Shown here one piece after another: positions 30,080 through 39,198 of a stretch of 64,000 nt of DNA. The translations under genes were made by a program, and so were the position numbers. The notes under the pieces are model-generated. The model ran no database searches. It saw only the letters and a list, made by a program, of their open reading frames with translations, and was not told where the DNA came from. The DNA comes from Acidobacteriota bacterium (GTDB lineage Bacteria; Acidobacteriota; UBA6911), in assembly GCA_963664705.1 (NCBI GenBank), contig OY761556.1, positions 736,001-800,000 on the forward strand, read 5' to 3'. The stretch's first letter is position 1, and every line of letters starts with the position of its first letter.

Positions 30080-31648
30080 TTACGGCAGATCAAGCATCTG
30101 CCGCCAGCCCAATCCGGGAGAATCTGCGGTTCTGGTTCCGGCGATATTGCCTTGATTATCCATCCAGTGGTAATCGGAGTAGTTTTCTATCTTATACTGC
30201 CTGCCGCTTGCCGGATCGACGACATCAACCGTTCCGAGAATGGCATTTTCGCGTTTGCGGGATATCTCATCGTAGGTGGCCTGTCGTTGGTTATATCCGT
30301 TAACAATGATGTCGGACGTGGCACGCAGATCTTCCTGAATGGCTCGCAGCGCGCGCTGCTGGATCTGTTGGCTGCGTGCGTAGTCCTGCTGAACCGCCGC
30401 TGCCGAAATTTGCCTTTGGCGGTTTTCCCATCCCGGATCCAGCCGGAATGAAGATGCGACTTTCTCGCAGACGGCTTTGGCCGGCTGTATGGATTGAGTG
30501 GGCGCCAGGACTCCGAAGAGATTCTCCACGTACCACAGGCCCCCCTGCATGGAAGAATAGGCGACACGCGTCACTGCGGCGACGTACCCTTCCAGGGAAC
30601 GCCCGTTCACCGTACAAGAAAAGGCAACTTCCCCTGCCGTGGTCTCGACGCGTGCAATGCCGGGAACCATTTGGGAAGGCGCTGCCAATTTGGTGAGTTC
30701 CGGGCGATTGCCGGTTGAAAGAATGCGGAGGTTCTGACACTGGCCGCGCATTGTATTCTCAACATAGTCTCTTGCGAATTGTTCACCCGAGAGATAGCCT
30801 CGAATCAGCAGTTTGCTGCCATCACCCAGCGTCGTATAAGTGCCTTCGCGCATTCCTAGCTGGGAATACATCGGTGTCGGGAGGGTAAAGGCAGGGATAT
30901 TGGCGTCCCCGTAAAGGATCCGGACTTGCCCGTCCGGGGAAAAGAGGTTCACCCCTTTGCGGATGTCGGTTGCAGTGAAGCGATAAGCTCCACCAAGGGC
31001 TTTCCAGCCTTCCGGCACGGCAAGGGTGAAGGCACTTTCGTTCGGATCCATCCATTGGACATATTTGGGCGAAGCGGCAAACCCGCTATTGATGGGTGCC
31101 TGTTTTTCGGTGGCGCTTTCGATGCGGAAGCTTTCAAAAACTCGTGCGAACATATCTGCGGAAGTCCGATAGCTGCTCGCGGGTGCCGACGAGGCATAGA
31201 CGCATACCTGGGCTCCAATCGGCTTATTGGTCCACGTGAGCAGCAGGACGCCTTTGCGCTGAGCCCCTCGGGCGGTTAGGCGGACAAAATTGGAGGTATT
31301 TTCCGGCGGGCCCCAGGCGGCTTGTGGATCCAGCCTGGGAGCGATTTGCCTGGCAAGCATGCCGGCGGAATTTGCATCCAGCTGTTGCTGAGGAAGAAAT
31401 GTCGGCCAGATTGCCGACTGTTCGCCCTGGGTGCCTTGTACCAGGATTCGCCCGGTCTGTTTCTCTGTACGGACATTCCACCCGGCCGGAATCGCGATGG
31501 TAAAGCCGGCGGAATCTCGGTGAGTGCTCCAGCCGCTCGGCAGTCCGGATGTCGTTTTGGCGGCAGATGGGGCTGTCGTGTTCTGTTCAGCGGAAAAATT
31601 GCAGGATGCTCCCAAAAGAAGGAGCAGAAGACAGGCAAATGGCTTCAT
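30080..31648 (-). CDS. Hypothetical lipoprotein with two repeated domains
   Basis: Lipobox LLGASC. Repeats GFTIAIPAGW and AFTLAVPEGW. Gln-rich helical segment. RBS GGAGA. Confidence 0.75.
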   Translation of the reverse strand: MKPFACLLLLLLGASCNFSAEQNTTAPSAAKTTSGLPSGWSTHRDSAGFTIAIPAGWNVRTEKQTGRILVQGTQGEQSAIWPTFLPQQQLDANSAGMLARQIAPRLDPQAAWGPPENTSNFVRLTARGAQRKGVLLLTWTNKPIGAQVCVYASSAPASSYRTSADMFARVFESFRIESATEKQAPINSGFAASPKYVQWMDPNESAFTLAVPEGWKALGGAYRFTATDIRKGVNLFSPDGQVRILYGDANIPAFTLPTPMYSQLGMREGTYTTLGDGSKLLIRGYLSGEQFARDYVENTMRGQCQNLRILSTGNRPELTKLAAPSQMVPGIARVETTAGEVAFSCTVNGRSLEGYVAAVTRVAYSSMQGGLWYVENLFGVLAPTQSIQPAKAVCEKVASSFRLDPGWENRQRQISAAAVQQDYARSQQIQQRALRAIQEDLRATSDIIVNGYNQRQATYDEISRKRENAILGTVDVVDPASGRQYKIENYSDYHWMDNQGNIAGTRTADSPGLGWRQMLDLP

Positions 31649-31783
31649 GAAATCATCTCCGGGCAAGATTCTGTTATGCAGATGCACTTCTTCTTTTCGT
31701 TGTAAGAGAGCATATCGGCAATTGGGGCCAAGACCTTCATATTCCGGAGTGCGGGTTTACTGCAGGAGCGTTCCGCCCGTCGA

Positions 31784-31835
31784 TTCCAGATTCCCAATTG
31801 CAATCCGCAATCAGAAATCTGGAATCCGGAATCTG
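31784..31835. repeat. Degenerate heptamer tandem repeat
   Basis: aatccgc aatcaga aatctgg aatccgg aatctg. Confidence 0.6.
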
Positions 31836-31839
31836 TCAG

Positions 31840-33594
31840 CTATTTCCAGGCGTCAATAGAGACCCCTTGACCGGTCATGAAATCGGTGATGAACCAGACG
31901 CTTGCCGTGCTGCCTCCGACCACAATCGTCCGGATATTTCTGGGATTGGGCAGGTGTTTGATCAATGCATCATTCGATACTTTCTGCCATCCGGCATAGG
32001 GTTCCAGCCCCTGTTTTCCCATTGGAGCCATCATGCCCGACGCAATGGAGTTGGCCCAGTAAACGCCTGCGGGCACTTCCGAATTCTTGGACAGCCACTC
32101 GGAGAATGCCTCTTTGGTTTGAAAGCCCTGCGCGGTCTTAAGCAGCTTGGCGACCGACGGGTCCATAATAAGCGTTGCGGCTCCCGTTGCCGCGAGTACG
32201 CGCGTGAAATCGCGCATCAATAATTGTGGCGGATAATGCTCCACGACGGACCCCGAGCAATTCACGAAGTTCCATCCCGAGAACATGGAGAGAACGCTTT
32301 CCTCCGCTTTGTGCCCCATCTGTACATGAATGGGTTTCCAGCCCTCCGGCAGAGCCTCCTCATTTTCCGCGATGGTCACATTGTTGTAGCGCAGTGGATT
32401 ACTCAGGGAAGAGAATCCGGTTATGCCCTCGATGTAACCCTGCAGAGCGCTATGCATCAGGGTCATCGCTCGACCAATGACAGAATTAGCTTCGGCATTC
32501 GGCCCCAGGGCGCCCTCTCCCGAGTTCATTCCGATTTGTTTGCGAATCGGTCCGTTGATCAGCACCATGCTTGCATTGGATGTGGTGGAATCCATGAAGG
32601 GAACCTGGGTAGACAAGGCCAGCAATACAGGCATGTATTCAGGCTTTGCCCCAGCCATTACACCGATGATTGCTACTTTTTCAACTGTAAATGGACGGAT
32701 AGTTCCAAAGACGCCGGCGTCTTTCTTGATCAGTTCATCCGGCTTGTGGCTGGTGCCTTTGAGCATTGCCTTCACTCTCTCTTCGGTTGGGAGAATGACA
32801 GGATTGTAGTCCGTCCAGCCTTTATCCTTGAACAGCCGCTGCAGATTGTCTTCCGTGTCCGGAGGCAAAAATCTGGGTTCGGGGGCTGACTCGGAAGGAA
32901 GCCCGGTTTTCTTTTCCTCGGCGGTCAAGGGCCTGGTCAGATTGTCGACAATCGCCTGCATCAAGGGTTTGCCGCTGACTTTGTCTCTGCCGTCGAGATA
33001 GGATTTCAGGCTGTCTTTACTGAGGCCAGTAAAAGGATACGGTACGCCAACCCAGCGGAGCGGCATGCCGGAGTTGTATTTGAAATAGGCGTTCATGCCA
33101 TAGTTCACGACGTTTTCGTTCGCGAGCGGTACGGTGGGAATGCCATATTGTTTTTCCAGGGTCTGAGAGAAACGGCTCACGGCCGATAGGCATCCCCATC
33201 AGCCAGCCACGCCGATGATGGCGGCGCTGCCCTTATTGGCGCCGATCTCCTTCCACAAGGCCGGATCATCCGCAACGTAATTGCCGCTTTTCAGCTTGAG
33301 AATGGTCTTTACGCCAGGCTTGTTCTTTGCAAACCAGGCCTGCATTTCCTCCAGCACCGGAAGGCGGCCGAATCCTTCGTAGTTCGTGTCCACAATATAA
33401 ACGGTTTTGCCTTCAAGCGCGTCAAGCCGTGGAGCCAGGGGAATTCGCTCGGCAAGTTTGTCTGTGAGACCAGGACTCATAACCGTTATTTTTTCCTTGG
33501 ACGCGTCACCTGCGGCATGAGATGGTCCGATGCTGCATAGTACCAGGCCCGCGATCGCCAGCAGGCTATACAACAAGAGCGGCGTTCTTTTCAT
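31840..33594 (-). CDS. Secreted UGSC-like selenoprotein (584 aa, Sec132 in UWGC) formed by UGA read-through joining track ORFs 33199-33645 and 31840-33180
   Basis: GCT GGC TGA TGG GGA TGC CTA TCG GCC GTG reads AG-U-WGCLSAV, in frame with the downstream ORF. LAPRLDALEGKTV, LEKQYGIPTV, GWTDYNPVILPTEERV..ML, MAGAKPEY, NGPIR, ANSVIGRA and ENEEALP..W motifs. Signal peptide after GGAGG. Confidence 0.85.
33171..33198 (-). promoter_or_regulatory. Candidate bacterial SECIS hairpin
   Basis: CGGC-CGTGA-GCCG stem-loop at +14 to +26 after the UGA, with GU in the apical loop. Confidence 0.5.
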
Positions 33595-33716
33595 TTTTCC
33601 TCCACTGAGATGACCGTTGGCGGCCATGTCCACAGTCGTTGCCATACAAGAAAAGCATTGATTAGGAAATTGAGGCTATTGTAACGAAAACGGGAATTAT
33701 GCGATAGCAAAGATCG

Positions 33717-34244
33717 CTATCGGGCAATTTCCTGCGGTTTGCCAAGACGGAGGATGTTGGTGTCCCAGACACAGCCTCCAGCACAATTCCAGCCGTAATA
33801 CCACAGATACACCTGACTTCGCGTGCGCGAATATGGGGCGATCACAATGCCGCTGTATTTTTCCGCAACATCCTCCCACATAATGTAATTCGAGAATTGT
33901 TTCTGAATTTCGCTGAAGAGGTCGCGCCCATAGCTTTGTGCAAACGAGTCCATTTCCTCCGGGCTCTGGAGAAACTGGATGCGGCCGGATAAATTTTGTC
34001 CATAAGCGCCGGTAAATGCATCAATATCCGTGGGATTCCGGAGGTAAAGTATCCGTGATCCATCCACGATGGTGACCGTGTGCCGGTAACGGAAAGTCTC
34101 AGGACGGAACTCCGCGATCGCACACCAGCGTTTCCACCCGCCATTCACGTCAAACCAAAAGCCATTCGGCTTTGGTTGACCACTTTGTGGATAGCTCATT
34201 TCCTGCAGGGTAACGGGTTCTGCTGACCAGTGATAGTATGCCAT
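33717..34244 (-). CDS. Trp-rich hypothetical protein
   Basis: RBS GAGGA. YHWS..KPNGFWF..W, WEDVAEKYSGI..PY and WYYGWNCAGGCVWD segments. Confidence 0.8.
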   Translation of the reverse strand: MAYYHWSAEPVTLQEMSYPQSGQPKPNGFWFDVNGGWKRWCAIAEFRPETFRYRHTVTIVDGSRILYLRNPTDIDAFTGAYGQNLSGRIQFLQSPEEMDSFAQSYGRDLFSEIQKQFSNYIMWEDVAEKYSGIVIAPYSRTRSQVYLWYYGWNCAGGCVWDTNILRLGKPQEIAR

Positions 34245-34325
34245 TTGCTATGATTCCTCGTTTAGGCGTGCGGCTCCACTTTACCTTGAAGGCGCAAAGA
34301 CTCCAAGTTGCAGATTCGATTCCGC

Positions 34326-34353
34326 TAAAGAAGACCGTAAACTCCTCCGATAA
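34326..34353 (+). promoter_or_regulatory. Sigma28 (FliA/SigD)-type promoter upstream of the MCP
   Basis: TAAA, 16 bp, TCCGATAA. Confidence 0.55.
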
Positions 34354-34459
34354 TAGGGCATGGAGTAAGAAGGCTTGCTATTTTACTCAATAGATTAGTT
34401 GATTCCTTTAGATAAGCAGACTGATGTCTTAGCGGGTAGATAACCAGGTCTACAAGTTG

Positions 34460-34511
34460 AAGGCGCAGCGGGCACGAGAAGTGAATGGTGCCTGCTGCGC
34501 CTTTTTTATTT
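34460..34511 (+). terminator. Intrinsic terminator within the region upstream of the MCP
   Basis: 16-bp stem AAGGCGCAGCGGGCAC/GTGCCTGCTGCGCCTT followed by TTTTATTT. Confidence 0.8.
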
Positions 34512-34805
34512 CTCAGAAGCCGGAGGAGACAAAGAAATAATCCGCCCTCAAAAAGGCTGCGGGAGTACCGGAATCGGTTGATCTCGACAGCCAGTTGGGG
34601 GGACAGGTTCTCCTATGCTAGTGATTGCTCCGCTCCCTGTTCCTGTTGCACATACGAGCCACCTCATCGAAGTTGACTGCGGCAGCCTGAATTTCCTGGA
34701 GAATTTCAATAGTCCGTTATCAATGCCTGGAGGGCAACAACTTGGTTTCGTTGCAAAGAAGCCTGATCAACAGATCTTTTTTCGGACCAATCGAGGGAGG
34801 TCGAG

Positions 34806-36995
34806 ATGAAGTGGTTCTATAACATGAACATTGCTACGAAGCTGACGTTTTTTTCGCTTGCAATGGTATTGGTGGCGGGAGTGGTCGGTTATGTGGGGAT
34901 TACGGAACTGGGCAATCTCAGTCAGGCCGACCTGGCCATGTACAGAATTAACGTAGTGCCTCTCGGGCAGGTTGCCCAGGCATCGAAAAACTATCAGATG
35001 CTTCGCGTTGGTGTGCGCGATGCCATGCTGGCGGAAAACAAGGAATCGAAAGAGCAGGCCTATGGGACGGTTAACGAAAAGATAAAACAGTTGATGGGCT
35101 TCATCAAAGATTATGAAAGCATCATTGCCTCGAAGGAAGAAAGAGATGTCTACGATACCTTCAAATCGAGTGTCCAAAAGTATGCGGAGGACTTCGAGGT
35201 CTTTCGGAAACTTCTGGATGCAAAGCAAAAGAATGATGCCTTGAAGTACATGCATGGCCCCTTCCTTGTCGTTGCCAAGGAAGGGCTGGCGGCGATGGAT
35301 CAACTGGTCAAATTCAACACCGAACAGGCCCGGGCAAGTTCGGACAATAACCTGGCGCTGGCGAGTTCGGCTCGGAACGTGATGCTGGTTATTCTGGGCG
35401 TCACCGCTTTCATGGGCATAGGGCTTGGGCTGTGGATCTCCCGCCTCATTTCCAACCCGATCAAGCAGGTGGCAGAGCGTGCGGAAAGACTTCAATCGGT
35501 CTGCATTGCCAACCTTGGCAAAGCCAGTGAAGCGATGGCGCACGGTATTCTTGATGTTACGGTGGAGACAGATACCGAACTGCTGCAGATAGAGAGCAAG
35601 GATGAAGTGGGTAAGCTGGCGAGAAGCGTCAACGGGATCATCAGCCAGACTCAGTCGACTATTGGTTCATTTGAGGCGGCAATGGCTAACCTCCGGCACG
35701 TAACCGACGAGATCAATGGCATGATCCGGAGTGCTCAGGCCGGCGACCTTTCGAATCGCGGCAAGGCAGATCAGTTTGAAGGAGGCTATCGGCAGATGGT
35801 GTTCGGATTCAACGCCACGCTGGATGCCGTCGTCGGACCGCTGCAGATGGCTTCCACCTATATCGATCGCATCAGCAAAGGCGACATCCCGTCGAATATC
35901 ACCGAACACTACAATGGTGATTTCAACGCGATCAAGAACAGCCTGAACCTTTGCATCGATACACTCCGAGCTCTTATCGAGGAGGACGGCGGAGCGGCGC
36001 TGCTGGCTGCGGCCAACAAAGATCTGACGGCCCGCGCCAAACGCCAATACCAGGGTGCTTTTGAGAAAATGAGAAATAACATCAATACCCTGATTGGAAA
36101 TCTCGATGACGCCCTTGTTCAGGTAACGCTTGCCGCCGAACAGGTTGCATCCGCATCGGGACAGATTTCTTCCGGAAGCCAGACCCTGTCGCAGGGTTCC
36201 TCGGAGCAGGCGAGCTCGCTCGAGGAAGTGACCAGCTGCATTCAGGAAATGGCATCAATGGCCAGGAGAAATGCCGAGAATGCGAAGGAAGCGCGAAGCC
36301 TCTCTGAAGGCGCGCTGTCGACGGCGGACCGCGGCGTTGAAAGCATGAAGCGGCTCTCCGCGGCAATCAACCGTATCAAGGCATCGTCCGATTCGACCGC
36401 AAAGATCGTCAAGACAATTGACGAGATTGCTTTCCAGACCAATCTGCTTGCCCTCAATGCGGCGGTTGAGGCCGCCCGCGCCGGAGATGCCGGGAAAGGG
36501 TTTGCTGTCGTTGCCGAGGAAGTCCGCAACCTTGCCATGCGCAGCGCGGAGGCAGCCAAGAACACAGCCAACATGATCGAGGAATCCGTCAAGAATGCGG
36601 AGGGTGGTGTTTCCATCAACCAGGAAGTTTTAAATAATCTTACCGAGATCAACACTCAGGTGAATAAAGTCAGCGCCGTGATGGCTGAAATAGCCGCTGC
36701 ATCCGATCAGCAAAGCCAGGGCGTTGAGCAGGTCAATACTGCGTTTGAGCAAATGAATCAGGTAACACAGCAGATGGCAGCCAATGCTGAGGAATCGGCA
36801 AGCGCTTCGGAGGAACTGTCGGGACAGGCCGAAGAGATGAAGGGGATGGTTGGGGCTTTCCGTTTGACCAATGTTTCGGGAAAAGCGGTTCGGACCAATC
36901 GTCAGGCTCCCAGGCAGACGGCAGACCTGGCTCCGGGACTCAAAAAGCCTTTTGAGGCTCCAGGTTTTGCTTCGAACAGTTCCGCCGGTTGGTAG
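34806..36995 (+). CDS. Methyl-accepting chemotaxis protein (4-helix-bundle sensor, multiple HAMPs)
   Basis: Two TM helices, DEVGKLA HAMP, and the signalling hairpin [38 protein letters not shown]. Confidence 0.96.
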   Translation: MKWFYNMNIATKLTFFSLAMVLVAGVVGYVGITELGNLSQADLAMYRINVVPLGQVAQASKNYQMLRVGVRDAMLAENKESKEQAYGTVNEKIKQLMGFIKDYESIIASKEERDVYDTFKSSVQKYAEDFEVFRKLLDAKQKNDALKYMHGPFLVVAKEGLAAMDQLVKFNTEQARASSDNNLALASSARNVMLVILGVTAFMGIGLGLWISRLISNPIKQVAERAERLQSVCIANLGKASEAMAHGILDVTVETDTELLQIESKDEVGKLARSVNGIISQTQSTIGSFEAAMANLRHVTDEINGMIRSAQAGDLSNRGKADQFEGGYRQMVFGFNATLDAVVGPLQMASTYIDRISKGDIPSNITEHYNGDFNAIKNSLNLCIDTLRALIEEDGGAALLAAANKDLTARAKRQYQGAFEKMRNNINTLIGNLDDALVQVTLAAEQVASASGQISSGSQTLSQGSSEQASSLEEVTSCIQEMASMARRNAENAKEARSLSEGALSTADRGVESMKRLSAAINRIKASSDSTAKIVKTIDEIAFQTNLLALNAAVEAARAGDAGKGFAVVAEEVRNLAMRSAEAAKNTANMIEESVKNAEGGVSINQEVLNNLTEINTQVNKVSAVMAEIAAASDQQSQGVEQVNTAFEQMNQVTQQMAANAEESASASEELSGQAEEMKGMVGAFRLTNVSGKAVRTNRQAPRQTADLAPGLKKPFEAPGFASNSSAGW

Positions 36996-37010
36996 CGTGA
37001 GCCGGCCGTA

Positions 37011-37065
37011 GCCTCAAAGATGCAGAGACATGGATGGATCGTTTGGGTCTTTGCATCTTTGAGGC
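37011..37065. repeat. 19-bp inverted repeat after the MCP
   Basis: GCCTCAAAGATGCAGAGAC ... GTCTTTGCATCTTTGAGGC. Confidence 0.7.
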
Positions 37066-37184
37066 GTAGGACCTTCGTAAAGCCGCAATTTTCCCACCTG
37101 ATGTCGAAACCGACTTTCCAGATTTGAATGGACGAAGTTTCAAAATATTGATAGCTTTAGCCCTGAATTGTAGGGGGCGGAAGC

Positions 37185-39119
37185 ATGCGCGGAGGGAATG
37201 GATCTGGCGAGAATATCGGATCAGGATCTTCTTTGAACCGGGTGAAATCGTCTATCGTTGCAGGTCTGGCAAACCTGACGTGGAAAGCCTTCCAGGCGAT
37301 CAACACACTTGTACCGGAAGGAGAACTCCCGCAGCCTTCCTGGGCTCCCGACAAGATATCCAAGAGCAGGGAACGCTCGAAACCGCCCCTGGGTTTTCCC
37401 AGGGAGACAGACTCGCTTTGCCCCGTTTGCGTTCCGGAGATCAGGAAACAGATCGTTTCCGGCGAGGCGAATCTCGATGTCCTCATCAAAAGCCATCCTG
37501 GCGAAATCAAGGCGCAGCTTGTGGAGGAAAACGGCCGGATCTTAATCCGGAAGGTTTGTGATAAACACGGGCCGTTCGAAGATGTCCTGTCCACAAATCC
37601 TGCCTTTACGCGGCGCGTTGAAGATCTGTTTTTCGGTCGCGATTTTCAGACCGTCCAGGATGAGAATTTGCATCGGCACGGCGCCTCTTCCATTCTCTAT
37701 GGTCGGGGAACTGTTCTGACTGTTGACCTGACCAACCGTTGCAACATGATGTGCAACCCCTGCTTCACGGATGCAAATCAAGTCGGGTATGTGTGCGAAC
37801 CGAGCCTGGAAGAAATAAAGGCGGTGCTCGACCGGGCGGTTTCCTTCAAGCCGCGCAGGCAGATCATCATACTGTTCTCAGGCGGAGAACCTACACTTTC
37901 GCCTCATTTTCTTGAAGCGGTTGCCTACGCCAAAAAGATTGGTTTTTATCGAATCCTGGCGGCGACCAACGGCATCCGGTTTGCCCAAAGTGAGGAATTC
38001 ACGCGCCAGGCAAGGGATGCCGGGCTGCACGGCACGTACCTGCAGTTTGACGGAATCAGCAACGAAAAGAACCAGCATCGGGGTGTGAAGAACCTGTTCG
38101 ATGTGAAGGTTCAGGCGATTGAAAACATGGCCAGGGTCGGCATGAAGACGACACTGGTTACCACTGTTGTCAACACGGTGAACCAGGAGGAAACCGGTCG
38201 AATTGTCGATTTTGCCCTGAACAACGTGGATAAGGTGCAGACAGCGGTTTTTCAACCGATTTCCTTCACCGGGCGGGACGAGTCCATCGATGACGCCTCG
38301 CGGAATAGACAGCGATACACGCTGTCTCAACTGGTTGAAGATCTAAAACGGCAGTTGCGCGGGAAAGTGGAGCCCATGCGCGACTGGTTTCCACTCTCAA
38401 CCTACAGTGCGTTTACCAGCATTATGGACATTCTCCAGGGACCGGCTGCCTCCTGGGGGTGGAGTGCCTGCAACTGTCATCCCGATTGCGGCGTCTTTAC
38501 TCTGCTGGTGGTCCATCGGCAAACGCGCGAATGGATTCCTTTGTTCAAGTTCTTCGACTATGAGCAATTTATTCGTGATGTGAAGATCATCACGGACACG
38601 GCAAGAGGAAAAACGCTCACCGAGGCACAGCTGGCATTGGCTATTTTGAGAAACTTCCGTGCAGATCAGGCCCCCAAGGGATTTCCAATCTCCCAGGTCG
38701 TCAAGCTGTTCCGGCCTAATTCCGAAAAAGCAGACAGCGATCGAAATGACCGCATGAAAACGCGCTCATTTGAAGATGAGTGGCGCGTTTTGTGTGTCGA
38801 GGGGATGTGGTTCCAGGATCTGTGGACGTATGATTTTCGAAGAACCGAGATGTGCGTCATCCCCTATGGCACGCAGGAAGGGGAGATTTCCTTTTGTGCT
38901 TATAATACCGGAATCGGCTGGCGCCAGATCGTGGAGACGCGACATCAGACCGCACACCTCTCGGATTGGTATAAGGAAAAGGGAAAGCACGAAATCTATG
39001 CAAAGGGAAGAGAAGTAGAGCTGAAAACCACCCGGCACGACCTTATCCTTCCCGTCCTTCAAAATGAAGAGATAGGTGTTTCGAAAGAACGATCGACGGC
39101 ATCGGTTAAGTCAAAGTAA
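37185..39119 (+). CDS. Radical SAM enzyme, tetraether lipid synthase (Tes/GDGT-MAS, MJ0619-like) homologue
   Basis: N-terminal TDSLCPVC..CDKHG metal site, DLTNRCNMMCNPCF, SGGEPT, YLQFDG, FQPISFTGR, CNCHPDCG, and GMWFQDLWTYD..R..MCVIPY..ISFCAYN. Confidence 0.85.
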   Translation: MRGGNGSGENIGSGSSLNRVKSSIVAGLANLTWKAFQAINTLVPEGELPQPSWAPDKISKSRERSKPPLGFPRETDSLCPVCVPEIRKQIVSGEANLDVLIKSHPGEIKAQLVEENGRILIRKVCDKHGPFEDVLSTNPAFTRRVEDLFFGRDFQTVQDENLHRHGASSILYGRGTVLTVDLTNRCNMMCNPCFTDANQVGYVCEPSLEEIKAVLDRAVSFKPRRQIIILFSGGEPTLSPHFLEAVAYAKKIGFYRILAATNGIRFAQSEEFTRQARDAGLHGTYLQFDGISNEKNQHRGVKNLFDVKVQAIENMARVGMKTTLVTTVVNTVNQEETGRIVDFALNNVDKVQTAVFQPISFTGRDESIDDASRNRQRYTLSQLVEDLKRQLRGKVEPMRDWFPLSTYSAFTSIMDILQGPAASWGWSACNCHPDCGVFTLLVVHRQTREWIPLFKFFDYEQFIRDVKIITDTARGKTLTEAQLALAILRNFRADQAPKGFPISQVVKLFRPNSEKADSDRNDRMKTRSFEDEWRVLCVEGMWFQDLWTYDFRRTEMCVIPYGTQEGEISFCAYNTGIGWRQIVETRHQTAHLSDWYKEKGKHEIYAKGREVELKTTRHDLILPVLQNEEIGVSKERSTASVKSK

Positions 39120-39198
39120 TTCCATACCTGCGGTCTCTGTCGCGCATTACAAGGGGCGAACCGGGGACCGGGGCATGCGCGTTATCACATCCAGAGCT

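Noticed and set aside
33181-33201. Reading the TGA as a nonsense mutation (pseudogene) or as two separate genes
   Set aside because: It falls exactly at the first position of a UxxC motif, has a downstream hairpin, and there is no other sign of decay. Selenocysteine is the simpler explanation, pending the sel genes.
34356-34455. Possible fluoride or purine riboswitch fragments (GGCATGGAGT, CTGATG, TCTAC)
   Set aside because: The required pairings and pseudoknot could not be built, so it is kept only as an unclassified leader
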